Shown here: in pieces, positions 30,355-43,941 of the stretch
Position numbering within the stretch: position 1 is the stretch's first letter
Layout: each line of letters starts with the position of its first letter
Source: Chrysomallon squamiferum
Taxonomy: Eukaryota; Animalia; Mollusca
NCBI GenBank assembly: GCA_012295275.1
Contig: CM022673.1
Span: 8,060,001 to 8,124,000 of the forward strand
DNA length: 64,000 nucleotides
Reading direction: 5' to 3'
Notes under the pieces: model-generated
Seen by the model: the letters and a program-made list of their open reading frames with translations, nothing else
Told to the model about the DNA's origin: nothing
Databases searched by the model: none
Program-made: the position numbers and the translations under genes

Positions 30355-31687
30355 AAATCCGACCCCATATCCATTAATTTAAATAATCTGACCACAATTT
30401 TATGTAAATAACTTATTAATACAAAATAAATATGTCAGCAGATTTTAATGTAAATACTGTCAAAACCTATTAATTACAATGACATCTGTGTACATAACAA
30501 TTTTTTTTCACAATTTAATGAGAATCAATTACACTAAAAATATACACATTATTGTGCAAAATATAATTTATGCTGTATAATACATTTTCTTTATGTACAG
30601 TCATCAAATTGTGAAAGGAGCTTCAACAACATATTTAGATCAACATGTTTTTTGAGAAACAAACTTTTTAATCACCATGTTTAATGGTCATTTTTTTTTG
30701 TTTATAGCACATATAAATATTACACCAAAATTTAAAAAAGAAAAACAATAAACACCCTTCCCCCACCCAAGTCAACACAATAATACCAATAAACAAACAA
30801 ACATGAATGGGTATTTCATCACCATTCAGAAAATCAGGAAAAAAATATTAAGTAAATAAAATTATTTTTAATTAAATAAAATTTTTATATATTATAATAT
30901 TATTATATAATTCTGAATTAACACATTATTACCTTTCTAAATCCATCTTCCAAGTCCTTTGTTTCTTTGAAATGCAGCATGGTTTTGTGGTAGTTTTCTT
31001 TTTGCCACTGTTTTATCGACTGGTAGACTTCATTCATGAGACGATCGCCCATCTCAGTGTGAATGGAGCTGAGGGTGTCGGCCTCTGACAGCACACTCTT
31101 CCACCCACCAAGGCAGGTGCCATATTCAGGACCTGAAGTGAGTAATGCAGTAAATAAATTAAACATTTACCCTGAATACACATATTAAAGGTTTTCGTTA
31201 ATCTTATAAATGTCAGTGAAAACATATTTCTACTTCTATGTTTATCTGTGAATTTGAATTTAAAATATTCAACTATCAGAAGGCTGCAATCAGAATATAT
31301 ATAATGATGATTAAATCTAAAGACGAAAATAATGTGAAATTAATACATGTTCCTTCATCAGCATCAAAATCATTTTTAATTGTTTTAAATTTTCATTTTT
31401 GTATCTGAACTCCACATTTCATAAATTTTGAAAATTATTAATTAATAACTTTTTTCTCTTATTGTTAATAAATACATGCCTTTATCAAGAAAATCATTCC
31501 ATTTCTTTGACCAGTTGGATAAACTTTTAGCATAATTTTTCTCAATGTCACTTCTTGATTCTACCAACTGACGAAGCTGATCGCACAGTTTGTATCCATT
31601 TTCATGTCTCTTCACAGTTTTCATAAACTTCCCTGGTTCCCAGAAGCTGTCGGAGCTGGGCGTGTCAAATTCATCATGGACAGACAT
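20973..31687 (-). CDS. PACSIN: PACSIN/syndapin (F-BAR + NPF + SH3 protein), 448 aa
   Basis: complement(join(20973..21079,21543..21709,27262..27440,27819..27939,28530..28630,29065..29190,29567..29704,30933..31132,31480..31687)) = 1347 nt with consistent phases. Hallmarks: SDSFWEPGKF..TVKR, GPEYGT, AQKQWGKKL, HGVDMPMNWPTFEEYSP, NPFG, and SH3 VRALYDYEKSEDDELNFKAGD...GW..G...GLYPANYVE. Confidence 0.96.
25972..26142 (-). CDS. Candidate alternative PACSIN cassette exon with NPF + poly-Asp
   Basis: Acceptor tttgttcag|A is phase 2, matching the upstream donor at 27262. It encodes QDSYDQSLNPFGDDDDDDDDDDVVVDVDD.... A weak phase-2 donor AA|gtatat at 25972 gives 171 nt (frame-preserving). The 3' boundary is uncertain. 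Confidence 0.6.
26664..27070. mobile_element. Older TA-flanked pogo/Tigger-like MITE, ~407 bp
   Basis: Left end TA-CAGTAAACCTCACCTAAGTCATCA versus reverse complement of the right end TA-TAGTAAACTTTGCCTAAGTCGTCA: 24-bp imperfect TIRs (19/24 identical). Confidence 0.7.
30097..30521. repeat. Diverged ~200-225-bp tandem duplication in a PACSIN intron
   Basis: Shared blocks GATTCTACTAA, CCATTAATTTAAA, CAGCAG.TTTTAATGTAAATA and CTATTAATTACAATGACATCTGTGTACATAACAATTTTTTTTCA occur twice. Confidence 0.8.
31133..31479 (-). other. GC-AG intron (first coding intron of PACSIN)
   Basis: The acceptor cag|GT CCT GAA TAT needs phase 1. Only AAAG|GCATGT gives DKG-PEYG in frame; the nearby GT donor (AT|gtattt) is phase 2 and would frameshift. 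Confidence 0.85.
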
Positions 31688-34351
31688 AGTTTGATATTAT
31701 GGCTGACAGACAGGCAGAAAAAGTCTACAGAACAAAAAAATAAAATAAAAATAAAAATAAAATTAGTATTTATATATGTCCAGACTGAAAAATCTAGTGT
31801 GTAAGGTGTGTATGAATCATTTATGTATTTTAAACAAACATTTTTTTTTTTTTTCACTTTTTATTTATTTATTTATTTAATGTTTATTTTTCAAACTGAA
31901 TGTATTAGTTAACAGATCTGAAGAAAAACATTTAAAAAAGAAAAATAGATTTACAATACATGCACCATTAAATGTTACAAACAGTCCAAATTTTGTATTT
32001 TTTCATATTGTCAAATTTGATTTACATGACTTTGAAACTATCAACTCTGCATTTCTACAGATAAAAACAAAAACCAGTGATTAAAAACTAAAGTACACTT
32101 ATATGACTGGATTAAGGTGTGGTATTCACATGTCTACAAGTACAATGAAAACTGCTCACACATTTATCAATTTATCGTAAGCAATATCTATACCAAAGAT
32201 AAATCTACAATTTTTAACAAGGGTCAACACCATCACAGTGATTATAACTTTCAAGATAAAATGAATTTTGTTATTAAGAAACAACTAGCAGTTGTTAAAA
32301 ATAGATACATGTTGGCTGCACCTTCCTGGATCCATGAATGTATAATAATTGTGAGACTGATATCAAATACCTGAAATACAACTCAGGTAACAAAAGTCCA
32401 TTCATTCATGACTGAATTTTTTTCAAAGTTACAAAGTAAGATTACCTACACTGTAAAATACTATGGAATAAACTTTTGACATAAAAAATGAATACATAGA
32501 TATTTTATAATATAAAAGGATTATTTTGTTTTATGTATGTACTATGAATGTCTGACTATGTAGACAAATTATTTTAGAAGTGATCAGATCTAAATGTGTA
32601 AAAAAAACACACAAAAAAACCCACATTCAATAACAAACAAATATAAATGTGCTCAAACCCACGTCCCAAAAACTTTTAATTATTTTAATATCTAGACGAC
32701 ACATTTTCAAAGCAAATTTCTCTATCAACAACTAAGTAAAAGTCATAAAATTAAATTCATCCAACATTAATAAAGAAAAAATAAATTGTCATAATTCCCC
32801 CTCTCCCAGAAATAAATCCACATTCATTATTTAGTCATATACTGGAATGCCATTTAAACTACAGTAAATACAAGTATCGTGTGTCTGCATTAATGTATAC
32901 ATAAATTTAACAGCAAACATGGTATATAAATACTATTTCAGCTAGAATTTTTTTTTTTTTTTTAATAGATAATTAAAAAACAACTATAATTCTGAACAGA
33001 CTGTTTTGACAAATACAAAGCAATTAAACTTTTTAACTTGCTACAAAGCTTCGACAGAACACTTGACATTTCTTCCTGTATTTACTTCTGTCCTTGTTTA
33101 ATATTTATGAATTTACACATGGACAGTGTTCAGTGGAGTACAAGGTAAATTCTTCCAACATCACTGCAATACCTGTTCTTGTTTTCAGTTCTGTGTCTGT
33201 GCGTGCGTGCATGTGTGAGAGAGATCAAATTATGTGTTAAAATTTAACCTCTATGTGAGCAGCCCATCACAGAAGTTAAAATAATAATAAAAATTATAAT
33301 AATAATAATAATAATAATAAAAATAACAATAATAAACATAACAAATAATAATAATAATAATAATAATAATAAGTTAATGAATAAAGCATAATTTAACTAT
33401 AATATGTATGTCACCATAATATACCTGACCAGTAGACTACAAACTTCATTTAGCTTGGTAGTTGCACAGTAATACTTCCAATACAAGGAAAAGGGTGTCT
33501 CAAACTATGACATAAATTAATTTGCAGTTTGTCCTCCAACTTGTGATTTAAAAATCCTGAGGCACAAACAGTACTGACAATGATAAATGTACCTAGAACA
33601 AGGTTAAGCCATTTCATACTAAATACATAGCACTCAGTTAACACATTTTCATATGATAATAGATGTTTAAACTGCATGTTAAAGTGAGAAAAATTAACAT
33701 GATATATTGATAGGTTAGAGGTACCACCTCTTCAAAATTTGTCACATTTGTTTGTTATTATTATTTTAACCTCTGGCTTCAATGTGTTTAAATTTGGGCA
33801 TAAAAAATCAGACTGTAATGACATACATACACATGTGAGTGAGGAATTCAAACCCTGGTATTTATACGAAACAAGTTTGTTATTTAACACTGTATGTAAT
33901 ATAGTAAAGGCAGATAAATTTGACAGATATACAATTATTTTCTTTCAAGTTAACATGAGAAGATGTTTTGCAGTTTTACTTTAAGAACAAAATCCACTGA
34001 AGTGTAGAAGTACAACTTATGATGATATCCTATACTATACAAATAACAAAGACTTGTAATAACAACAAACAGTAGCTATTTCATGTTCTCAGATTTCCTT
34101 TTTCAGTGTTGTAAACAGATTTTATTTCCTCACATTAAAATATGACAAACAAAAACAATTTATGACACAATTTAAATCAAATAAAATCCCAGCACACATG
34201 AATGTAGCATTGAGTTTATTACATTATAAAGTATTTTATTATTATTTTTATATTTCTAATATCAAATCTTGAAAATGTTACAAATATTTCTAAATCACTA
34301 GTAAATCCATAAATTTAAATTGCACATCCTTACAATAAACAACACACAACC

Positions 34352-34701
<350 letters not shown>

Positions 34702-37700
34702 TTTCACATTAAGTACAGGTACCCATAGCAACCACAGGATTTCTCTATATTTTGTTACAAGACACACAATGCATGGGTGTAAGAATAAAAGAAGAAAATT
34801 TGACAGCTGCAAACATCATGTTGACAGTAGTTGTGTGGCTTCAGTTGGCTACACAAACCAGTGAAAATATGTGAAGACAATTTTATGGCAGCCTAGGTGA
34901 GGAATTACCTTCACTAAGGACAATGATTTACTTGCCATGTTACATATTTCAGGGCAGTTCTAACATCAATTAAAGACTAAGTTTGACTTGTCTTTTAATT
35001 AAAAAAAATATATATAATAATAATAATAGTTTTAACTTTCACTTTTTTTTGTTACTTCTTGAGAAATAAAAAGCAACAAAAAAATACGAATGACAATACT
35101 GCTGACTCAAACATTATTAACAGCACCCCACCTAATAATATGTTCAGTTTTGGATCCTTCCTTTTATGGTCCACATAACATAAAACACTCAAACTTCAGT
35201 TGGTATTGTCTGTTGTTCCTGTAGAACAATGTCAAGAGGCCCTTCCCAGAAATAGAACAGCAGATTGGTGGAATGTGCGGAAAGACTTTATTTAGACATA
35301 TTTGAGTCCATGTATGCAAACAGGCCTAATAGGCGAAACAAACTTTTATTTTTTTTAATGATCTGTTTCAGTTTAGATTGGCAGTTCACCAATTTTATTA
35401 ATATTTTTAAACAGTTCATGTTATTTGTGCATGATTAATTTAATACACACAAATGCTAAAATAAATATTGACAAACAAAAGGTCATATGTGGTTTGTTTT
35501 GTTTTAAACTGCTCAAACAAACATACCTGATGAACCCTCTGGCTTGAGCATTTTATGAATTAAAGAAACCCATCACATACTTATCTTGTTTTCTAAATTA
35601 TTTTCTAAATATTTTCCTTCACCCAGGCACTTGTATTTTTTAAATGTACATGCATATAAATTTTTGACTGGTTTCTCTGACTCATTAGATTGAAAAATAT
35701 TAAAAATAATACTTTATGATGCTTCCAATAAAACATACAAACAAAATTTATGTTCACACACCTCTTAAATTTGACAACACAATATAGTAGGCAATAAATC
35801 TGAAAGTAGTTTGGAATGCATACACACAGTGTGCTATATATAAATTTACATATAAATAATTTGAATAATTTATAAAGTAGTCATGAATGAATCATGTAAT
35901 TATAGCTTACAGCAACAGTAATTCTGTCTTCAAAATGTTAATGATTATCAGTTTTGTAAATTAAATAAATATACACACGTACAGTATCTACTCTTTCTTC
36001 TGAAATTAAATAATTAGTAGTAACAGTAATAATAAAATAAACTATTTTCTAACCTTATATTTACTTTAATATACTGTAAGTAATTAATTTATGATATATA
36101 AATATACTTTGTAATATATTAAAAATTTATAATAAAAATCAATATAAAGTAGATAAATCTATTAATTCCCATCCACTATTATGTAATAATTCAAATAACT
36201 CAATTGTAACAGTAAACCTTTAAATGTACAGTCCTCTAGGTGGATCTCTACAGCAAACAATTTGTACCACAGTATATGAAATTCTATTACTGGATTCCAA
36301 GGATTGTTAATACATCGTACGTTTACATAATTATATACATAAAGTTTATTATTAAAGTCAGAACTTAATATAATAAAGAACTGAATATGAACATCTGTGT
36401 TTTGTATGTAACAGCTATTTCTTGACAGTATGAAAAGCAATAACGAGTTATGTACATCAGACTATTATGAGAACAGGTAATGACCAACAATACCAATTCA
36501 AATTTTAAGTGGTGTTTATTCTTACACAATGAGAATATATCAACATCAATATTCATTGACAAGCTGAAAAGGCGAATCAGAATAAAATGTTAACCCATAG
36601 CTGGCTTTTGTTTTGTTTTAAATAAGACACCTTATACATTGTGCTGAGAAATAATATTTTACTACTTTGTAAAAAAGAGTTACAAAGTGTTCTGTTTAAA
36701 AAAAAAAGTATTTCCGACTTCTACCATTCTGGTAGTGAAAAATCATTAGTGCATGCCATGGTCTCATACTTTGTACAAACAGAAATCTGGAATTTGTTGG
36801 GTGATCTTTTATTATCAATTACAATACTAGATCTATTCAGTGGTCTGAAAACTCTTATGTCATACTGTGAAATGTACCTCCAGTTAACCCCTCCATAGCC
36901 TTGAGACACAGCAGGTCACAAGATCAAATCACTATGATTAGTCAAATGAGTTATTGTCTGTCCTGCTGTCTTAAGTACAAGTGTAGGAACTACTTGCTGT
37001 GTACTTTCTTTTTCTTCGACACCTGAACAGCTATCACAGTTGTCACATATAACATAACTGCTGATTAGCAAGATTTTGTTCAAAATTCCTTCCTTACTTG
37101 CTAAATTTTGTAATACAACTTTTCCTGTCTGGCTGCAAACTAAATAATAAACATCGACAACAATTTTATGTCTTAACATATTTTTTAATGAAGACAGATG
37201 TAAAAATAATATGCCTAAATAATGATAATATATGTTTAATAATTTATATTTTTTATACTTACTGTGGAATTTTCAAAATGAGGAATCTGAATATTATTAT
37301 TTAGTTAACTTAAAATGAGCGCACTATAATCTAATTTCAGATATAAGTTACATACACATGTATACTATTAATGCAGTTAAAAATGAATGTTTTTAGTAAT
37401 ATTTACATAAATAATATTACTGTGTACATAGCTTGTACTGATGAAACATGAACCAGCAGCCTTTGGACTTGTAGCCTTAGGCTTCCAAACATCAAGCATC
37501 ACCTTTCATGTTAACTATTTTCACCTGGCAAGTGCTGTCCATCAAACTAACCAACAACTGTCTACGTGTTTACTGCATGTAACATAATGTCTGTTATAAA
37601 CAATGAATACCCAAAACATACAATATGCAGCCTTACTTTTCTCTACATTTTGTGTCTTTTTAAAATAAAATTACATCCACCAGAATGTACAAGTGACATG

Positions 37701-39347
37701 GATTTGAATTCATAATTATTTTTTTTTAAAAAGAAGTAAAAGATAAAAATGGGGTTAGATAAATATGTCAAATATTTTAAAACAATTTCCTGTTCTTCAC
37801 TTTTCGTTTACCAAACCGATTTAATTAAAAAAGATAAATTAAAATACAGTTGCTAAGTACTTGAAGACCAATTATAAATTATATCAATTCATTTATCTAA
37901 GCAAATACAAATGTCTTCAACCTGTGACACAAGTATATAGTTAACAAATATAATCAGAAAGTTACATGTAATATTACAAATGCTACAAATGAAACTTCCT
38001 TTAAAAGATTATCTAAATAAATTACTTTTATCTATATACATAATATCATTATCTATAAAAAAAAAAAAAAATAACGTTACAATCATACCCAACACACCAT
38101 AAAACACACACCGCGACTGTTGTATGTAGGTGAGTGAATCACAGCATTCTTCAGTGTGACATACAATCCCGTATGCAAACAACACAGACAACTGGTACTA
38201 CTACTCAGTTCTGAAGTTCAGGCTTCACTGGACGTGCACAGACCATGACGTTCTTCCATACGCCCAGAAGAAGAAAAAATGCAAAGAATGGGCCAAAACG
38301 AGTTTTACAATCCCAATGGGTTGTGTGCGATGGGGGATCATCCCTATTGTGTTGATAAGTACCCATCTGGTCATCTTACCTGTATGGTTTTCCCACTATC
38401 TGTTTTTACAATCTAAAATATCAGGTGAACTAGATGACATATTTTTGCAGTGATGTAGATCAAAATATATTTACTAACACTGTGAAACAGTTGCTGTAAA
38501 CGTTCTGCTAAGGAACATATGGTGTAATATTGAACTTCTGAATCACTGAATTATCATTTAAATTTTTTATACTGAATTTTTCTTATTGTAAATATTTCAT
38601 TACTGCTTACAAATGTCAGAAATAATGGTAAAATAAATGTAACATTTACCCTAACAAACAAAAATTACGGTGTCAAATTAGTTATTTCTCAGTTTACTGT
38701 GTATGTCTATGTATTTAAAAAGAACAATAATAATAGATAAAAATTTATATTTGTATGCACATATTCAAACATTTAATACTATTTGTACGATAAAATAAAT
38801 TACTTCATAATGTCCTCAGATATAATTATATCTTAGAGTTTGGTCAAATGTATTACATAAATATGCAGCTGAAATGCTGAATCTTTCCAGCTTTTAAAAC
38901 AATATACTTGCATTTTTACTTTTCCTTTTCAAATATTGATAATTTTCAAATCAAATTTCAAACCTTAATTAAAAACTGACAGTTTTTGAACAAACAAAAC
39001 ATTAAATAATATTATTTGCTTCATCATTATTAATATTATTTTCAGAATTCTGGCTTTGTTTAATTTTAAATGTAAAATATACTGACTTTGTTTAATTTTA
39101 AATGTAAAATATATCTTTTTTGCTTTAATTAATTTGCACTAATCATGAAATGTGTTTGCAGAATATAATATTTCTTGTACTTACATTGTAACCACCTATT
39201 TTGGTTTTCTAACAGTATGAATCTGCACAGTATTTTAAAATTTTCATAAAAATATCTTTAATATGTATTTTTATTGCATCATTGTTTACATTAAAACAGG
39301 AAACAGAGATGATGTGAAAAACTTAATTCAAACACTGCAGTTTTAAG

Positions 39348-39400
39348 CAGGGGTTCTTAACATGTGGTCTGTGGAAAGGTTTTTGTGGGATCTACAACTT
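39348..39400 (+). mobile_element. hAT (Charlie-like) terminal fragment
   Basis: CAGGGGTTCTTAACATGTGGTC resembles the CAGGGGTTCTCAACCTGGGGTC-type hAT terminus. No partner end was seen. Confidence 0.35.
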
Positions 39401-42124
39401 GGCGAAAAGCTTCATTATTATTATTATCATTTTTCTTTTTTTTTCAATTTAAATTAAAAAAAAAAAAAAAAAAAAAGAGGATAAGACTAATAAAACAAAA
39501 TTACTATAATCTGTTCCTAGATTTAATATAACTAATTCTATGGTAATATAGTTCAGAAATGATTTCTCTTTTAGTTGTTTATGTTTCAACAGTAAGGCTT
39601 AAAAGAACCATAACATGAATAAAAGCAGAATTTCAGCACAAACAATTAAGTCAAATTTACAAAAATAAAAGGGTAACAAGAGAAAAGAAAACCAAGACTC
39701 ACAAATTCTAGGAACAGAGAATCAAAAACTAATTTACATCCTGTATATATCAGGTACTTCAAATATCAAAAAATATGTCTACTGAATGATATTACGCGAT
39801 ATAAATCACATATCACTATCAAAAGACACAAATATCACCTGATAAGCCTACTGCTTAAAATATCTATGCCTATCACTTAATAAAACCATCACAAACAATA
39901 CTACCTTTTAGTGTAACAAGAATCAGTAAAAGTTCATGTTACACCCTAGATGTAAACTGAAACCAAACACATTCTACCAGTTACTACTTAATACTAGCTT
40001 CTTACAAATTTTGAGCAAATGCCATTTATATAGTTTTGTTTCTGTTATCCAAAATATTAAACATGTACTCTTATTATGATTACTATTATTATTATTATTT
40101 TTGAAGAAATAAAAATGAATTTAAATATACATTTTGTGTTGCTGTTTTTTTTTATCTATTTTCAAGTTAAATTTTAAAATAGACATAACTGAAGAAAATG
40201 GATCTTACATTTTGAACATCTGTCTAGTGCTATTATTAAAAAACTTTTCTTGTTTTTGGTTTGGTTTTTTATTTTTTTTTTTTTAATTCATAAATAAATT
40301 ACTTTTATTTATGTTTCCAATTTCCATATTCACTGTATACAAATTAACAAATTTGTAATTTGCTTGGAATTTTTTTTTTATTTATTCTTATTTTAAATAT
40401 TTCAGTTTAATATAATTTATATAGATAACAACACTGACAGGCTTAAATAATGACAAAGTATTATTTATAACTGCATATAGGTGTGTATGTATGTACAGTT
40501 GTAACAGTAAATATATACATAAATCAATATAATGTTTAAACAATGTTAAAAATATAATGTATCTTGGTGAATATATATTTCTTGTCTGACCATTTCATAC
40601 TATTTAATTTCTTTTTTTAAATCAAACCATTAATCAATTTAATCTCAAAGTAATCCATCAAAAATACAAAAATACGTTTTAATTATACAATATATATATT
40701 TCTGAAAGAATTTGGAAATGACAAATATAATAATTTGTGTTGTAAATATGTACAATTACATGATATTATTTGTTATCAGTCAGTCTTTGAAGGTGGACAT
40801 CAAATTTTACACACAATGATAATACTTTCACATTTAATCTAAATAATACAAAATTACGGGAAATATATAAATCTTGCTGGGTATTATTTTTCATTTTATT
40901 TTAAATAATAAGGATAATGTACTATTGGGCATAAGCATTTAACTACTGTTGCAGCTGGCAGAGCTGCAGTTGATAATGACTATGTTACTCTTACTCGGTT
41001 ACTGTATCACTATCTCAGTATCTGAGTTAAAAACCGACTTTCATTTTCTTGAAGAATAAATTCAACCATCATTCACAAAGATGTACTACACCGTCTGACA
41101 GGGTAGTTGAAAAATTGACAATATTTAGATCATGATGACCAAAGAAATATGATCATAACTAGGTCCAGGTGGATCTCTATAATTATCTGTCAGATGTAAA
41201 GATTCCCGTCAGTCAAGTATTTTCGAATGTTGTTAAGGCTATCCGCCAGGTAAAGCTTATAAAATAGTTTTTAGACTATTAATAATTAACACTGATTAAA
41301 TTGTAATATATTAACAATATCTCTAGCACTTGGAAAATTTAACGTAGGTTTTGTTATTTGCTCACAATCCTCACCTGGCAGCAGGAATACCTCCGGTGAA
41401 AATCCAATATGGCAGAAACACTGGGTGTGTAAAAGTGGGCTATATTTGCTGGCCAAAGATACGACAACACTGACTGGTCCAAGGCCAACAGAAATTATAA
41501 ATAGCACCGTTCCAACACCAACACCACCACCACCACCAAACAACAACAACAACAAACAACAACAACAACAACAATAAGAACAAGAAAAATAGTTCTAATT
41601 TATACCAAGCAGTGTGTTTTGCCGTGTGCTAAAATTGCAGAGATGATTATTTCTAAGTAGTCAACAGCTATATTATTTTAATTATCTGTCTATTTTATTT
41701 ATTTATTTATTTATTTATTTATTTGTAAACAAACAGCTGTATTCAATTTTATTTACTTTACTTTACAAAATGTTTGAAATAACAATTGTATATTACATTA
41801 TGTAGATTCAGAATATTCTTTATTATTTTTGCTGTTGTTATTTTACAGTTTATTAAAATTGTAATTATAGTATTTTAAAGAAGAAAAATCGTTCGATAAC
41901 ATAAAACATTCACATGATCCACAAATGAAATAAAAGAAACCAAAATTAAGACTGTCATGATTAGTAATTTCTTTATAGTTTATAAATATATGGGTACATA
42001 AATATTAATTCTTTTATTGGAATTAGTATATGCATGTCCTGTTCTACCCGACGTTACAACAACAACAATAACAACATAAAAAAACAAAAAAAACAAAAAC
42101 ATTAACGTTATAACAAATAATAAT

Positions 42125-42155
<31 letters not shown>

Positions 42156-42420
42156 TAATAATAATAAATAAAAATGTTAGCTTCAGCATATTAATTTGAA
42201 TGTTATTATTCATTCGTTATAAATAGTGCATTATATTTTCACCGATTAATTTGTGGGTACAGGCTACTGTTATTAATAATGTTTTTTTTTTTTTTTTTAA
42301 TATATAATTACATAAGGGAAGGGAGGTAACTAAGACTAGCATAAAGTTTGGCAATTGTTATCTCTACTTGTATTTCGATGCAGATAATGGTTACAAAAAG
42401 TAATTTAAACACATACTCAC

Positions 42421-42560
42421 ATAGTTACCAAAACTTTCCCGCCTATAAAAAATAAAATATAAAAAAATAAAAAAATCTATTTGTAATTGGACGGTTCTCT
42501 GCAGAGAGGGTCGTTCCATGACAAATCACCCAATGGATTTAATCTCACCATCTTCTGCTG
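42421..42560 (-). other. Probable non-coding first/5'UTR exon region of PACSIN
   Basis: Donor-like sites TAT|gtgagt (42421) and ATG|gtgaga (42549) on -. The region lies where CpG-poor gene-body sequence appears to give way to CpG-richer sequence. The first coding exon has its own acceptor at 31702, only 15 nt before the ATG, so a UTR exon must lie upstream. Confidence 0.4.
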
Positions 42561-43891
42561 AATATTGTTAAGTTGTTTGGATCTGACATAGCTAGCCCAA
42601 ATCTTAAATATTAGTTCAGTCGGAGCAGTAGTTTTGGAGATACTGGCCATCAAATTTGCCATAGCAGTATTAATTTTGGTAATCTTTTGACCTTTTGTTT
42701 GACCTTGAATTTGACTTTGTGGCTCTCATGGACTTGAAATGACATTATAAGAATTAAACTCCAAGATGTTACCTGTAACATATAAAAAAACAAACCCAGA
42801 GGTGTAATGTGTTTAGTTTAACAATAAAATATACTTGAAGAGGAAAAACCTGACCAAAAAAAAAAATCACCATTTTAACAATTCTAACGCATTAATTAAT
42901 TATAATGTGCATCAGGTTGTAATAGGTTTGTTCGCAGTTCATATAATTTTCGTGAACTGTTGTAACGTAACTACAACCTTGAAAGCAGCTGATAACAAAT
43001 ATATCAAATATAACCAATTAATATGGAGTTACATACATTTAAAAGCAAGTGCACAAATTACGAGATAAAGATATCTGTAGTCAGTACTACTCAGAAGGAA
43101 CTTTTAGTATTTAACATGTTCATTCAGTTACAGCGTTTAAACTGAATCACTTAAAAATCTCACTGTTCCATGTTTGACAAAGTCTATTTTACCGGTGTCA
43201 TGATTGCTGATACTGTACATTTGGGTGGAAACTGCAACAGATAGCATGTCGATGATTCTCAGGATGCTCTTTTTGTCAGTCCAGCATCTTTCCTCATCTC
43301 CAAATCAATGAAATAGTTTAGTTGGTCAACGGGGATGCATGATTTTGATGTAATAATCTCCATCCTCTTCTGAAATGTATTCCGCTAGAGAATCTATGGT
43401 TTAGTTATTATGGCGACAACGACCATCATAACAGAAAACAAATTAAAAACAACAACATGAACAACAAAAGATAAAAAGATAAAAAAAAAAAAAAAAAACA
43501 AGAAGAAAAGATTATGTATTGTACGAGTTTAGATAACATTCTTTTGAATATTTTGAATATTGACTTATCATAATTATTTCATTTATCCCATACACAATTT
43601 ATCATTAAAATATATGTCTTAATCCAGTTGTGAAATATAACAAGAAATCTGTGTTTCAGTAATACTGTTATTCTAATTTCAAAACGTCTTTGACTGTTTT
43701 CTACAACATCTAAATCGAACTATACGGAATTCTAAACTTTAATCATTTTTATTATTGAAAACACAAACCATTTTTGTTATTGTAATATTTTTAGTTTTTA
43801 ATTTAAATTAATTAATTTATTTATCTTCATCATCATCATCATCATCATCATCATTATTGTTATTATTATTATTACTATGATTATGATTATG

Positions 43892-43941
<50 letters not shown>

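Noticed and set aside
41086-41198. Inverted repeat TACACCGTCTGACAG / CTGTCAGATGTA
   Set aside because: Short and gapped; cannot be distinguished from chance or a decayed element.
41286-41555. 89-aa minus-strand ORF with a gtgag donor near 41375
   Set aside because: It begins in a (GTT/GGT)n repeat and has no recognisable homology; at most an alternative UTR exon.
42477-42662. N-terminal extension of PACSIN via the ATG|gtgag exon
   Set aside because: Splicing to the 31702 acceptor meets an in-frame TAA (CCA TAA) before the PACSIN ATG.
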